From Pseudothermotoga sp. (GTDB lineage Bacteria > Thermotogota > Thermotogae > Thermotogales > DSM-5069), in assembly GCA_031962025.1 (NCBI GenBank), contig JAVRKW010000003.1: DNA of 64,000 bases; one strand, given 5' to 3'. The translations under genes and the position numbers were made by a program. Within the stretch, counting starts at the first letter, position 1. Every line of letters starts with the position of its first letter. Positions 48,916-59,233 of the stretch are shown here, one piece after another. The notes under the pieces were generated by a model that worked only from the letters and a program-made list of their open reading frames with translations, made no database searches and was not told the origin of the DNA.

Positions 48916-50385
48916 ATGTTTTCAGAAGATTTCCTTTTTGGTGCATCGATGGCTGGTTTTCAGGTTGAAATGGGTTATGCTGCTGAAGATGTCGATCCAA
49001 ATACCGACTGGTTTGTCTGGGTTAGAGAACCTGAAAATCTCCTGACAGGTGCCGTGAGCGGGCATTTACCGGAATATGGTGTTGGTTACTGGAACAACTA
49101 CCCGGTTTTACATCAACTTGCCGTGGATTTCGGTATGAATGTGCTCAGAACCAATGTTGAGTGGTCAAGAATTTTTCCATCTCCAACCTTTGAAGTCCAG
49201 GTTATCGTTGAATCTCAGGACGGGGTAACAAAGGTAGTGGTGAACCGTGAACATCTTGAAAAGCTTGACAAACTGGCGAACCAAAAGGCAGTGGAACACT
49301 ACAGGCAGATTTTCAAGGACATGAAAGACCGTGGATTGAAGGTGATACTCAATTTATCGCACTTCACACTTCCTCTGTGGATTCATGACCCAGTATCTGT
49401 TCACAGGGGTCAGCAGACAGAGAAAACGGGTTGGGTGAATGATCAGACTGTTGTAGAATTTGCAAAATTTGCGGCATACGTCGCCTGGAAATTCGATGAC
49501 CTTGTGGATATGTATTCAACGATGAACGAGCCGAATGTCGTGAGTCAGATGGGATATATCATGAGCAGGTTTGGTTTTCCACCTTCTTATTTCAGCCCCG
49601 AGATGTATATGAAAAGCCTTCTAAATCAATCTCAGGCTCACGCTCGAGCGTATGACTGTATCAAATCGCTGAGCAAAAAACCAGTTGGAATAATCTATTC
49701 TGCATCTGTATACGAATCCATAAACAAAGACAGAGATATTGAAGAGAGTGCAACCTATCTGATGAACTACCTTTTCCTGGACTCGATAACCTTCGGCAAG
49801 GTCTTTTTCCAGGAACGCTCAGATTTGAAAAACAGACTTGATTTCATAGGATTGAACTACTACACAAGGACGGTGATTGACAGAATACCACCGGTCAATT
49901 TCGGATTTCTTTCACTCGAATGGATGATAATGGATGGGTATGGTTACAACTGTCCTGCCGGTGGTATGTCAAAAGATTCAAGACCGGTCAGTGATTTTGG
50001 CTGGGAGACATATCCAGAAGGATTGCTCAAACTTCTAAAACAGACCTACGACAGATATAAATTGCCTATCATAGTCAGTGAAAACGGAGTTGCAGATTTT
50101 AGAGACTGGCTCAGACCGTATTACTTGGTGGGACATCTTTATGCAACAGAAAGGGCAATTGAAGAAGGTGTGAAAGTATTCGGTTATCTTCACTGGTCGA
50201 TTGTCGACAACTATGAGTGGGCAAGGGGATATCACATGCGCTTTGGTCTTGCACAGACTGACTATCAGACAAAACAATTCATTCCAAGACCATCGATGTT
50301 CATCTTTAGAGAAATCATCAAAAATCGCAGTTGTGAGAAATTTCATGGATATCTGAAATCGCCCTATGAAATATGGAGAATTTAG
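48916..50385 (+). CDS. GH1 beta-glycosidase (archaeal LacS/CelB-like type)
   Basis: FLFGASMAGFQVEMG, EWSRIFP, TMNEP acid/base, SENG nucleophile, DNYEWARG. Confidence 0.92.
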   Translation: MFSEDFLFGASMAGFQVEMGYAAEDVDPNTDWFVWVREPENLLTGAVSGHLPEYGVGYWNNYPVLHQLAVDFGMNVLRTNVEWSRIFPSPTFEVQVIVESQDGVTKVVVNREHLEKLDKLANQKAVEHYRQIFKDMKDRGLKVILNLSHFTLPLWIHDPVSVHRGQQTEKTGWVNDQTVVEFAKFAAYVAWKFDDLVDMYSTMNEPNVVSQMGYIMSRFGFPPSYFSPEMYMKSLLNQSQAHARAYDCIKSLSKKPVGIIYSASVYESINKDRDIEESATYLMNYLFLDSITFGKVFFQERSDLKNRLDFIGLNYYTRTVIDRIPPVNFGFLSLEWMIMDGYGYNCPAGGMSKDSRPVSDFGWETYPEGLLKLLKQTYDRYKLPIIVSENGVADFRDWLRPYYLVGHLYATERAIEEGVKVFGYLHWSIVDNYEWARGYHMRFGLAQTDYQTKQFIPRPSMFIFREIIKNRSCEKFHGYLKSPYEIWRI

Positions 50386-50401
50386 AAAAATGCAAAAACG
50401 C

Positions 50402-50421
50402 GAGGGGGCAGTGACCCCCTC
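50402..50421 (-). terminator. Terminator hairpin between convergent GH1 and cadA
   Basis: GAGGGGG-CAGTGA-CCCCCTC with T-rich tail on minus strand. Confidence 0.7.
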
Positions 50422-50439
50422 AATTTGTTTAGTAAGACG

Positions 50440-52479
50440 TCACTGATCCAATTTTTTTCTTGAAAACAGTATTCTGGTTGAGTTAATGGTACACAAAAGT
50501 GCGATGCCGGTATCTGCGAAGACGCCTTCCCACATCGTTGCCTTTCCAGCTATCGCAAGAAATATGAAGAAAGACTTCATGGCAATGGCAAAGATGATAT
50601 TTTCAAGAACAATTCTCTTTGTGAATCTGGCAACATCTATTGACTCAACTACTTTTATTGGTTCTGCACTCATCACAACCACATCTGCCACCTCGATAGC
50701 GGCATCATTACCAAATCCATTCATTGCCACGCCGACATCTGCTCTTGCAAGCGATGGTGTGTCGTTTATTCCATCTCCCACAAATGCGGTCTTTCCGGTT
50801 TTCATTATCTGGTTCTCAAGTACTGTGAGTTTATCCTGAGCAAGCAACTGAGCGTGGTAACTGACCTCAGAAAGCCTTTCAGAGATCTTTGCCGCTTTCT
50901 GCTGGTTGTCACCTGTTAGTATGTGAACGTTTATACCTTTCTTTTTAAGGAGTTTCACAGCCTGCTCTGAAGTCTTTTTGAGTCTTTCAACGAGCTGAAT
51001 GTTACCTGCGTATTTTTTGTCCACGGCAACGTGCACAGCAGAATCACTGTCCAAGTTGCATACATTCTGCGGATGCTCGATCTGTTCAGCATGCAGAAAC
51101 CTGTCATTTCCAACGTGAATTGTTTTTCCATTTACAGAGCATTTAACACCAAGTCCTGCTATTTCGTGAAAATCTCTGACGATCGAATGGTCGATTTGTG
51201 GATATGCTTTGATAATGGATCTGGCAACTGGATGGTTCGAGTTTGCTTCGGCATGAGCGGAATAAATCAAGACATCGTCCTGTGAAAAACCATTCATGCT
51301 GTTTATTTTTGATAATTCAAGATCCCCGTACGTTAAAGTTCCGGTTTTGTCAAAAACGACATTTTTGACAGATGCAAGAGCATCAATAAAGGTCGCACCC
51401 TTGACCAGAATGCCTTCTTTCGACAGTCGACCTATTGCCGCAAAATAAGCCAATGGTACTGCCAACATCAGCGCACATGGACATGAGATGACAAGCAAGA
51501 TCAACCCGCGGTTGATCCACTGGTTCATATTCTGTGATGTCAGCAATGGTATTACGAAAGATACAAAAGCTGCCAGAAGAACAACAACAGGTGTGTAGTA
51601 CTTGGCAAAAACGGTGATAAACCTTTCTGATCTGGCTTTTCTTTCCGAAGCATTCTCTACTAATCTGAGAATGCTGGCAATTGAAGAATCCTCATACCTT
51701 TTGAGCGCCTGTATTTTTACAGCAGACTCCTTTACTATTGCCCCTGCAGGTACATTGTCTGAGACGGTGACATACTTTGGCGTAGATTCACCTGTCAAGG
51801 GTGAAGTGTCAAGGTGGGTACTTCCCTCAGTGATGATACCATCTACCGGTATCTTTTCACCGGGTTTCACCAAAAATATCTGTCCTGGTTCAATTTCCAC
51901 AGGATCAACTTGTTTAAGTTCAGATCCCTGTACAAGCCAGGCGTACTTTGGCATGGCTTCAACGAGTGATCTTACAGATCTGCGTGAACGGTTGATGGCT
52001 AAATCCTGCAAAAACTCGCCGACTTTGTACAGAATCATCACCATAACAGCTTCTTCGTACTGTTTTATGAAAATGGCTCCAATTGTGGCTATACTCATCA
52101 AAAAATTCTCATCAAGGACGAAACCCTTCTTCAAGTTTTTCAATGCCCTGAACAGAATATCATAGCCTGCCAGAAAATATGCCACAACAGCCAGATACCA
52201 CAGATGAAAAACAAAGGAGACAGTGAATAGAGCTACTGATATCAACAAAAAAAAGAATTCAGAAGGTCTTTTTTCGCCATCTTGAACAATCTTGACATCT
52301 TTTTCAACAGATTGGATGATCTTTTCGATGTCAATTTGTTGATTTGATTCAACTTCCAATATACCGAGCGAGAAGTTCAGCTTTGCCTTTTTAATTCCCT
52401 CTGTTTCAGACAGGGTTTTTTCGATCTTTGCTGCACAATCTGGACAGTGCAAATTCTCTATCTGGTAACGTTTTTTCAT
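50440..52479 (-). CDS. cadA: Zn/Cd heavy-metal P1B-type ATPase
   Basis: HMA CPDC, TGES, CPC, DKTGT, HP, GDGIND. Confidence 0.93.
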   Translation of the reverse strand: MKKRYQIENLHCPDCAAKIEKTLSETEGIKKAKLNFSLGILEVESNQQIDIEKIIQSVEKDVKIVQDGEKRPSEFFFLLISVALFTVSFVFHLWYLAVVAYFLAGYDILFRALKNLKKGFVLDENFLMSIATIGAIFIKQYEEAVMVMILYKVGEFLQDLAINRSRRSVRSLVEAMPKYAWLVQGSELKQVDPVEIEPGQIFLVKPGEKIPVDGIITEGSTHLDTSPLTGESTPKYVTVSDNVPAGAIVKESAVKIQALKRYEDSSIASILRLVENASERKARSERFITVFAKYYTPVVVLLAAFVSFVIPLLTSQNMNQWINRGLILLVISCPCALMLAVPLAYFAAIGRLSKEGILVKGATFIDALASVKNVVFDKTGTLTYGDLELSKINSMNGFSQDDVLIYSAHAEANSNHPVARSIIKAYPQIDHSIVRDFHEIAGLGVKCSVNGKTIHVGNDRFLHAEQIEHPQNVCNLDSDSAVHVAVDKKYAGNIQLVERLKKTSEQAVKLLKKKGINVHILTGDNQQKAAKISERLSEVSYHAQLLAQDKLTVLENQIMKTGKTAFVGDGINDTPSLARADVGVAMNGFGNDAAIEVADVVVMSAEPIKVVESIDVARFTKRIVLENIIFAIAMKSFFIFLAIAGKATMWEGVFADTGIALLCTINSTRILFSRKKLDQ

Positions 52480-52835
52480 CTTTGTTCCTCCCTTACGTGT
52501 TCGATGGCAGCTTTCAGGATCTGTACCACATGCTGATCGGCGAGTGAATAGAAAACCTGTTTTCCCTGTTTTCTACTTTGAACCAGTTTTGTCATCTTCA
52601 AAATTCTCATCTGATGTGATACAGCAGATTTTGTGGCACCTGTGATGGCACACAGGTCACAGCCACACAATTCCATCTTTTCAAGGGCAAGCAGGATCTT
52701 CAGCCTCGTTGGATCTGAAAAAGTCGAAAACAAAATGGACATGTCGTCTATGGTCTGTTGGTTTTCAAGTCTATCGACAACGGCTTTAACGCGATTTTCG
52801 TGAACCTGATCAATGGAACAAAGATATTTGTTCAT
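52476..52835 (-). CDS. ArsR/SmtB metal-responsive repressor (CadC-like)
   Basis: DPTRLKIL, ELCGCDL, SAVSHQ, DQHV...EH. Confidence 0.92.
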   Translation of the reverse strand: MNKYLCSIDQVHENRVKAVVDRLENQQTIDDMSILFSTFSDPTRLKILLALEKMELCGCDLCAITGATKSAVSHQMRILKMTKLVQSRKQGKQVFYSLADQHVVQILKAAIEHVREEQR

Positions 52836-52847
52836 ACCATCACCTCA

Positions 52848-52900
52848 ATAGTTGAACAACTGTTCAACTATATTTTATACCAATCAATGCATGTTGTCAA
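52848..52900 (-). promoter_or_regulatory. cadC-cadA promoter with ArsR/SmtB operator
   Basis: TTGACA-17-TAAAAT (52900-52872) followed by perfect 11-2-11 repeat ATAGTTGAACA-AC-TGTTCAACTAT (52848-52871). Confidence 0.88.
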
Positions 52901-52935
52901 AGCCTGTGTCAAAAGTCACAGATAGTCTGGTGAAA

Positions 52936-55515
52936 TCATTTTTCGCGTTTTGCAATGACAGCTCTCAAACCGTTTTCAAAAAATTCGATCTCTGTGATCT
53001 TAAAACCAGCTGACTGTAATTCCTCTTTGACCTTAGCCGTTGTTCTCAAAACGCGAAAACCAGGATAATACCAGACCGTGTCGTTTTCGTCTGAAATATT
53101 TGGAGTGTGGTGAAATAGAACGATCTGATTGGCATTAGAGATGATTTTTCTTATTTCCACAGTTTGCTCGACACCTGATAATATGACCATATTCTGAGAT
53201 TTTTCGCTCAGTTTGATACCAAGATCCAGAAAAACATCTTTGAAGTTTTCCAGTTTTTCGTCGGTCTTCACATCCTGCCAGTCAACTTTTGAAAGAACCT
53301 TGTGAAGTTCAACTGGCTGAACTCTCATGGGAAGCTGTTTGTAAAATTCTTTTTCAAAATTCTCGTAGGCTTTGAGCGATTCATCAACCGGATAGGGCTT
53401 TGCATAGATCAAACCGTTTTTTGCCTTGAACCAGGCTCTGACAGGATGGATAACCCCAAAGGTGCAGAATTTCTCAGATATATTTCCAACCCATAAGATC
53501 TCATCGTTGTTATCAAACCAGTTCAGTACCATATTCGGGTACAGACCCGTGTAAAGAAACCTGCCGCAAGATATATCGGCGAGTTTTTCATTTTCCTCGA
53601 CGGCTTTTATATGATAAGATAACGATTTCTTTTTGTCTATTTTTGAATAGAACTGCGCAAGCCTGTAGTAGTACATGGGAAATTTGCCCGGCTCTTTTAT
53701 TTTCTCCAGTAGCTCTATCGCTTTACTTTCGTTTTGTGTATTGACAGCGGAAACGTACAATGCGATATCACTGTCTGAAATTAAATAAAGCTTGCTCACA
53801 TCGTTTCCCAAGTACTTTTTGAAATCCACCAAAAATTCCTTCTGCTTTGAATAAAAGCTATACAGTTCTTCATAGACACCGTCTATTGTTGGATCCAGCC
53901 TGGTTTTTAAATCTTCCACTATCGGTTTGATGAACTGCGACAACTCAGGCACAAGCTGTATGGCATCTCTGTAGGATCTTATCGCATCCAAGAACCTTGA
54001 TTCTTTGAGAAAATGATCAGCCAGGATTGCTCTGGCAACTCCACGAACAACGGGATCTTCGTCTTCGACGAAATTTTCCAGGAATGATTTTTTCTGGGAA
54101 CTGTCCAGCAGTGAATAAACTAAAAGTAATCCACCAACACCATTTTCCTTGACGATACTGTACAGATTTCCTGAACTGAGAAATTGTAGAAAAAGATCCT
54201 GTTTGGTATCAATTCGTTTTAGAAGTGCAAAACTGACCGGAGTGACATCTTTTACAACGATATCTGAAATTTGAACACTGATACCTTCTTCGACAATTTT
54301 TTCATATACAGGCTGCATGTTCACTTTGATCTGCTTTCTTCTCACAAAATCTGTCAGATGTTTTAGTGCAGGCAGACACTCTTCGATATCCTTTTCAGCG
54401 ATCTTGTTGATCAGATGCTGAATCATGCCATTAGAAAGATCTTCGTTTTTTGAAAATCTCTCTTTGGCAAGCTCGTTGAGTTTGTCGTACTCTTCGAGTG
54501 CCGTATAGCCGATCATCGCTGCAAGATCTGCTGTGGGAATGTCTTTGAATGACATTATCGTCCAGCCGAATTTTTCGATGTTCTTTGATGCATTTTCGAC
54601 GGCTTTGGTGAATTTTTCATAATATTCGACCAGTTTTTGCCATTGATGTTTTTTGAGATGGACATTGATCATGGACAAATACGGATCTGGATAATCCGGA
54701 GTTGCGTTTATGGCAGTTTGGGCAAGCTGTATCGCAAGATCGTCCAGACCGGCGTTTATTAAATCTATTGAGAAGATATAAAGAAACTCCAAGCCAATCG
54801 CCGGTATGGAAGATAACCTTTTCATCAGTTGCAAAGCCTGCCAGCCGACTTCAGCGGCTTGATGCAGTTTACCGCCGGTTTTTTCAGTTTTGTAAAGCTG
54901 TATGAGATAATACAATTTTTCCTGATCATTTTTGCATTGCTCTAGGTGTTTTCTTATCAATGTAGCAGTTCGCTCGTACTTCTGTTTTCTGAGCTTTCTG
55001 GTCCAGATATAACCGTAGTGATATATCAAAAAATTCGCGTTGACAACCTTGGGTTTGTAAATTGCCTGGTTATGCACAATGTTCTCGTAATGAACGGTTC
55101 CATTTCTAAAAATACGCGGAGTTGAAGCCGTTTCGGTGCGCTTGAAATCCCAATCCAGATAACTCAGGGTAGGAAGATAAACGGTGTTGACATCCTCTGG
55201 AAGAGATTTGAGAAAGTCTCTTATACCACTTCTAAATTCCTGGGAAACTTCTTCATCGGCATCGAAAATCAAAACCCATTCACAGGTTGGATATTTCAGT
55301 GAATTGTTTCTTGCCTCGGAGAAATCGTTTTTCCACGGGTGAAAGTACAGTTTTTCTGTGTACTCTCTTACGATATTGGGGGTATTGTCAGTTGAACCAG
55401 TGTCTACCACCACGATCTCGTCTGCCACGTCTTTTATACTGTCCAGAGCTCTTCTGATGTTGTGTTCTTCATCTTTGACAATCATTGCAACTGATAGTAA
55501 ACACTTTTCTTTCAC
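52936..55515 (-). CDS. GT2 glycosyltransferase with TPR-like repeats
   Basis: LSVAMIVKDEE, VDTGSTD, DFSEARN, DADE, HYGY; long helical repeat region. Confidence 0.88.
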   Translation of the reverse strand: MKEKCLLSVAMIVKDEEHNIRRALDSIKDVADEIVVVDTGSTDNTPNIVREYTEKLYFHPWKNDFSEARNNSLKYPTCEWVLIFDADEEVSQEFRSGIRDFLKSLPEDVNTVYLPTLSYLDWDFKRTETASTPRIFRNGTVHYENIVHNQAIYKPKVVNANFLIYHYGYIWTRKLRKQKYERTATLIRKHLEQCKNDQEKLYYLIQLYKTEKTGGKLHQAAEVGWQALQLMKRLSSIPAIGLEFLYIFSIDLINAGLDDLAIQLAQTAINATPDYPDPYLSMINVHLKKHQWQKLVEYYEKFTKAVENASKNIEKFGWTIMSFKDIPTADLAAMIGYTALEEYDKLNELAKERFSKNEDLSNGMIQHLINKIAEKDIEECLPALKHLTDFVRRKQIKVNMQPVYEKIVEEGISVQISDIVVKDVTPVSFALLKRIDTKQDLFLQFLSSGNLYSIVKENGVGGLLLVYSLLDSSQKKSFLENFVEDEDPVVRGVARAILADHFLKESRFLDAIRSYRDAIQLVPELSQFIKPIVEDLKTRLDPTIDGVYEELYSFYSKQKEFLVDFKKYLGNDVSKLYLISDSDIALYVSAVNTQNESKAIELLEKIKEPGKFPMYYYRLAQFYSKIDKKKSLSYHIKAVEENEKLADISCGRFLYTGLYPNMVLNWFDNNDEILWVGNISEKFCTFGVIHPVRAWFKAKNGLIYAKPYPVDESLKAYENFEKEFYKQLPMRVQPVELHKVLSKVDWQDVKTDEKLENFKDVFLDLGIKLSEKSQNMVILSGVEQTVEIRKIISNANQIVLFHHTPNISDENDTVWYYPGFRVLRTTAKVKEELQSAGFKITEIEFFENGLRAVIAKREK

Positions 55516-55545
55516 ACCAATACCCCCTCACACACGAGTGATAGA

Positions 55546-57993
55546 TCAGCAAACTATATTCAGAAGCCTTTTTTGAACATATAGCACCTTTTTTGGCTCA
55601 CCCTCAACGAACTTTTTCACTCTATCGCTCAAAAGGGCAAGCCTTAATACCTCATCTTGATCTGCATCAACGGGAACTTTGATCCTGTCTCTGACCTTGC
55701 CGTTTACCTGTACTGCTATCTCGATTTCTTCAATAACCAGTGCCTGTGGATCGTATTCGGGCCATTTTTCTTTCATTATCGAAGTGGTCTTTCCCATCCT
55801 GTGCCACAGCTCTTCGGCAAAATGAGGTGCAAAAGGAGAAATCATCAAAAGGAAATTTTCGGCAAATTCTCTCAAAATCCTTATGTTCCATTTTTCTTTT
55901 GGCACATCTTCCATGTAGTCCCAGACGCTGTTTATGAGTTCCATCAATCCGCTTATTGCGGTGTTGAATTTAAAACCACCTTCCATGTCCTGCGTGATTT
56001 TTTTCAAATTGGAGTGCAACTTTTTTCTCAATTCTTTTTCTTTTTCTGTGAACTGAGAGTCACCGTGATCTGTTGTTGAGATTATTTGATCAACCACGGT
56101 CCAGGCTTTTCTTATGAACCTGTGAACACCTTCGATACCGGAATCATTCCATTCAGCATCTCTTTCAGGTGGTCCCATGAAGAGAATGTACATTCTCAAT
56201 GTATCTGCACCGTATTTTTCAATCATATCATCCGGTGATACGACATTGCCCTTGCTTTTTGACATTTTTGCACCATCTTTGTAAATCATTCCCTGAGTGA
56301 AGAGATTTTCAAAAGGTTCGTCGAAACTCAGATATCCCAAATCGTGCAGTACCTTTGTTATAAACCTTGAGTAGAGCAAGTGCAGTATTGCATGTTCCAC
56401 ACCACCGACATATTGATCCACTGGTAGCCAGTAATCCACATCTTCTTTTACAAATGGTGCACTGTCAAGATCTGGATTGACATATCTGAGAAAATACCAG
56501 GAAGAATCCACAAAGGTGTCCATTGTATCTGCTTCTCTCAATGCTGGTCTACCACACTTTGGACAGGTAGTTTTTCTGAATTCATCGCTCAGCATCAAAG
56601 GTGATTGACCGGTCGGAAGAAATTCTACGTTATAAGGCAGTTTCACAGGTAGATCTTTTTCTGGTACCGGTACTATACCACAGTGATCACAGTAGATTAC
56701 CGGTATCGGTGCACCCCAGTAACGCTGTCGAGAGATCAGCCAGTCTCTCAATTTGTACTGTACTGCCCTCTTTCCAAGTCCTTTTTCTTCGAGCCAGGAT
56801 ATGACTTTTTCCATTCCATCTGGAACCGGTGTGCCACTGAGCTGACCGCTGTTGATCATCACACCAGGTCCGTCGTATGCCTTGTCCATGGGCACATCCT
56901 GCGCCGGTTTTATAACCTGTCTTATTGGTATATTGTACTTGGTCGCAAATTCAAAATCACGCTGATCGTGTGCAGGAACACCCATCACTGCTCCTGTGCC
57001 GTACTCCATCAGGACATAGTTTGCGACGTATATCGGCACTTTTTCACCGTTTACAGGGTTGATCGCATATCTTCCGGTGAAGAACCCTTCTTTTTCAACG
57101 TCGATCGCGCTTCTTCTGAATCTATCCTGCTGACCAATGCGTTCCAGGAATTTTTCCAGATCTTTGTGCAGTTGTGCGGTTACGATCTGTTCAACGAGTG
57201 GTGATTCCGGTGCAAGTGCCATGAAGGTTACTCCCCACAGTGTGTCCGGTCTTGTTGTGAAAACTTCAATCTGTGTATCTAAACCATCCACTTTGAATTT
57301 TATCCTTGCCCCTTTGCTCTCACCTATCCAGTTTCTCTGCATGGTCTTCACGTGTTCGGGCCAGCCCGTGAGTTTATCCAGATCTTTCAAAAGTCTTTCT
57401 GCGTAGTCGGTTATTCTGAAAAACCATTGTTCCAAATGTTTTATCGTGACAGGCGTATCACATCTTTCGCATTTTCCATCCTTGACCTGCTCATTCGCAA
57501 GCGATGTCATACACTTCGGGCACCAGTTAACAGCGGCTTTTTTCTTGTAAGCAAGTCCAGCCTCGTAGAGCTTCAAGAAAACCCATTCAGTCCATTTGTA
57601 ATACGGCTCAATACAGGTTATGACCTCTCTGCTCCAGTCGTAGCTGATACCCAGTTTTTTGATCTGCCCTCTTATTGTGTTGATGTTTTTCATAGTCCAG
57701 TCGTGTGGATGAATTTTTCTTTCAATTGCAGCATTTTCCGCCGGAAGACCAAAAGCATCGTAACCAAATGGATGCAAAACATTATAACCACGCATTCTCT
57801 TGTATCGGGCGACTGCATCTCCTATCACGTAATTTTTCACATGTCCAACATGGAGCGTACCGGATGGGTATGGAAACATCACGAGCATGTAATATTTTGG
57901 AAGCTCAGAGCGCTGAGCTGTCTTGAACATACCATTTTCTTCCCAGTATTTTTGCCATTTCGGTTCTATCTCCTTGGGTTCATATTTCGACAC
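55546..57993 (-). CDS. leuS: Leucine--tRNA ligase
   Basis: MFPYPSG.LHVGH, FTTRPDT, SRQRYWG, KMSKS. Confidence 0.98.
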   Translation of the reverse strand: MSKYEPKEIEPKWQKYWEENGMFKTAQRSELPKYYMLVMFPYPSGTLHVGHVKNYVIGDAVARYKRMRGYNVLHPFGYDAFGLPAENAAIERKIHPHDWTMKNINTIRGQIKKLGISYDWSREVITCIEPYYKWTEWVFLKLYEAGLAYKKKAAVNWCPKCMTSLANEQVKDGKCERCDTPVTIKHLEQWFFRITDYAERLLKDLDKLTGWPEHVKTMQRNWIGESKGARIKFKVDGLDTQIEVFTTRPDTLWGVTFMALAPESPLVEQIVTAQLHKDLEKFLERIGQQDRFRRSAIDVEKEGFFTGRYAINPVNGEKVPIYVANYVLMEYGTGAVMGVPAHDQRDFEFATKYNIPIRQVIKPAQDVPMDKAYDGPGVMINSGQLSGTPVPDGMEKVISWLEEKGLGKRAVQYKLRDWLISRQRYWGAPIPVIYCDHCGIVPVPEKDLPVKLPYNVEFLPTGQSPLMLSDEFRKTTCPKCGRPALREADTMDTFVDSSWYFLRYVNPDLDSAPFVKEDVDYWLPVDQYVGGVEHAILHLLYSRFITKVLHDLGYLSFDEPFENLFTQGMIYKDGAKMSKSKGNVVSPDDMIEKYGADTLRMYILFMGPPERDAEWNDSGIEGVHRFIRKAWTVVDQIISTTDHGDSQFTEKEKELRKKLHSNLKKITQDMEGGFKFNTAISGLMELINSVWDYMEDVPKEKWNIRILREFAENFLLMISPFAPHFAEELWHRMGKTTSIMKEKWPEYDPQALVIEEIEIAVQVNGKVRDRIKVPVDADQDEVLRLALLSDRVKKFVEGEPKKVLYVQKRLLNIVC

Positions 57994-58007
57994 ACGATCA
58001 CCTCCAA

Positions 58008-58592
58008 CTACTTGGAAAAGATTATAGCACTCAGTTTTTCAAAAAGAGTACTGAAGGCTTTATATCTATGACTCAATCTGTGTTTTTCTTCTTTCATTTC
58101 ACCAAAAGTCATCTGATAACCATCTGGTATGAAAATCGGATCGTAACCAAAACCGTTTGTGCCTCTTATGGTTTCACTGATCCTGCCTTCCACATCCTTC
58201 TCACAACAGAGCACGATTTTCTCCACAGGATCATAATAAGCGGCTGCGCAGACAAATCTTGCTCTCTTTTCCTGTTTGTTTTTGAGCATTTCCAGTATGA
58301 AGAGCATTTTCTGCTCGTATGAACTGTTTTCCATGAACCGTGCAGAGTGAACCCCCGGAAAACCATCAAGTGCATCTATCACAAGTCCGGAATCATCGGC
58401 TATGGTCCTGCATCTTGTGACATTTCCATAAAAGATGGCTTTTTTAATTGCATTTTCGGCAAAGCTGTTCCCGTCTTCCGGGGCTTCTATCTTCACATCC
58501 AGGTCATTCAGCGACAGGATCTGTACTTCTTGTGGTACGAATCTTTTTATCTCTTCCAGTTTGTGTTTGTTCTTTGTTGCGATCAAGAGCAT
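58008..58592 (-). CDS. rdgB: Non-canonical purine NTP pyrophosphatase (RdgB/HAM1)
   Basis: ATKNKHK, ADDSGL, PGVHSAR, GFGYDPIF, SHR; ATG after GGAGGAG. Confidence 0.94.
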   Translation of the reverse strand: MLLIATKNKHKLEEIKRFVPQEVQILSLNDLDVKIEAPEDGNSFAENAIKKAIFYGNVTRCRTIADDSGLVIDALDGFPGVHSARFMENSSYEQKMLFILEMLKNKQEKRARFVCAAAYYDPVEKIVLCCEKDVEGRISETIRGTNGFGYDPIFIPDGYQMTFGEMKEEKHRLSHRYKAFSTLFEKLSAIIFSK

Positions 58593-59233
58593 TTTATCTC
58601 CTCCAGTTTTCTTTTGAAAGATGCAGGGTCGTGTTTGAAAATCCCATATCCCATCACCAGTATCTGTGCACCACTGCAAACCACTTCGGTTACTGTTTCT
58701 TCATTTATTCCACCATCGACCATTATTTTCAGATTCAGGTTTTTCTTTTGAATTATTTTTGAGAGTCTTTTGATCTTTTCGACAGTTGTCTTTATGAACT
58801 TTTGACCGGAAAATCCCGGATTCACAGTCATGATGAGAACACCATCGATATCACTCAGGATGTCCGAGAGCATCTCCACAGGAGTATGTGGATTGAGTGC
58901 TACATAAGCCTGTGCACCTTTGTCTTTGATTTGATAAATAGTCCTGTGTAAGTGCAAACATGCTTCATAATGCACAGTGACTATCGAAGCACCGGCATCG
59001 ACAAATTTTTCAACGTATTTTTCCGGTTGGACGATCATCAAATGTGCATCTACTGGTAAATCAGTGCATCTTTTCACCGCTTCAAGCAGTGGTATTCCAA
59101 AGGTTATGTTTGGTACAAAGACGCCATCCATGACGTCAAGATGGATCATGTCTATATATGGCTCGACTCTTTTGATTTCCTCGCAAAGTTTTGACAGATC
59201 ACTTGCCAGTATCGATGCAGAAATCATTGCCAT
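58583..59233 (-). CDS. rpe: Ribulose-phosphate 3-epimerase
   Basis: SILASD, HLDVMDGVFVPNITFG, DAHLM, MTVNPGF, VDGG. Confidence 0.96.
   Translation of the reverse strand: MAMISASILASDLSKLCEEIKRVEPYIDMIHLDVMDGVFVPNITFGIPLLEAVKRCTDLPVDAHLMIVQPEKYVEKFVDAGASIVTVHYEACLHLHRTIYQIKDKGAQAYVALNPHTPVEMLSDILSDIDGVLIMTVNPGFSGQKFIKTTVEKIKRLSKIIQKKNLNLKIMVDGGINEETVTEVVCSGAQILVMGYGIFKHDPASFKRKLEEIKCS

Noticed and set aside
51602..52165. 187 aa antisense ORF
   Set aside because: Mirror frame of cadA
57994..58007. T-box leader for leuS (also considered for lysS)
   Set aside because: Only 14 nt (leuS) and 9 nt (lysS) separate them from the upstream genes
57352..58071. 239 aa antisense ORF
   Set aside because: Shadow of leuS with no recognisable domain
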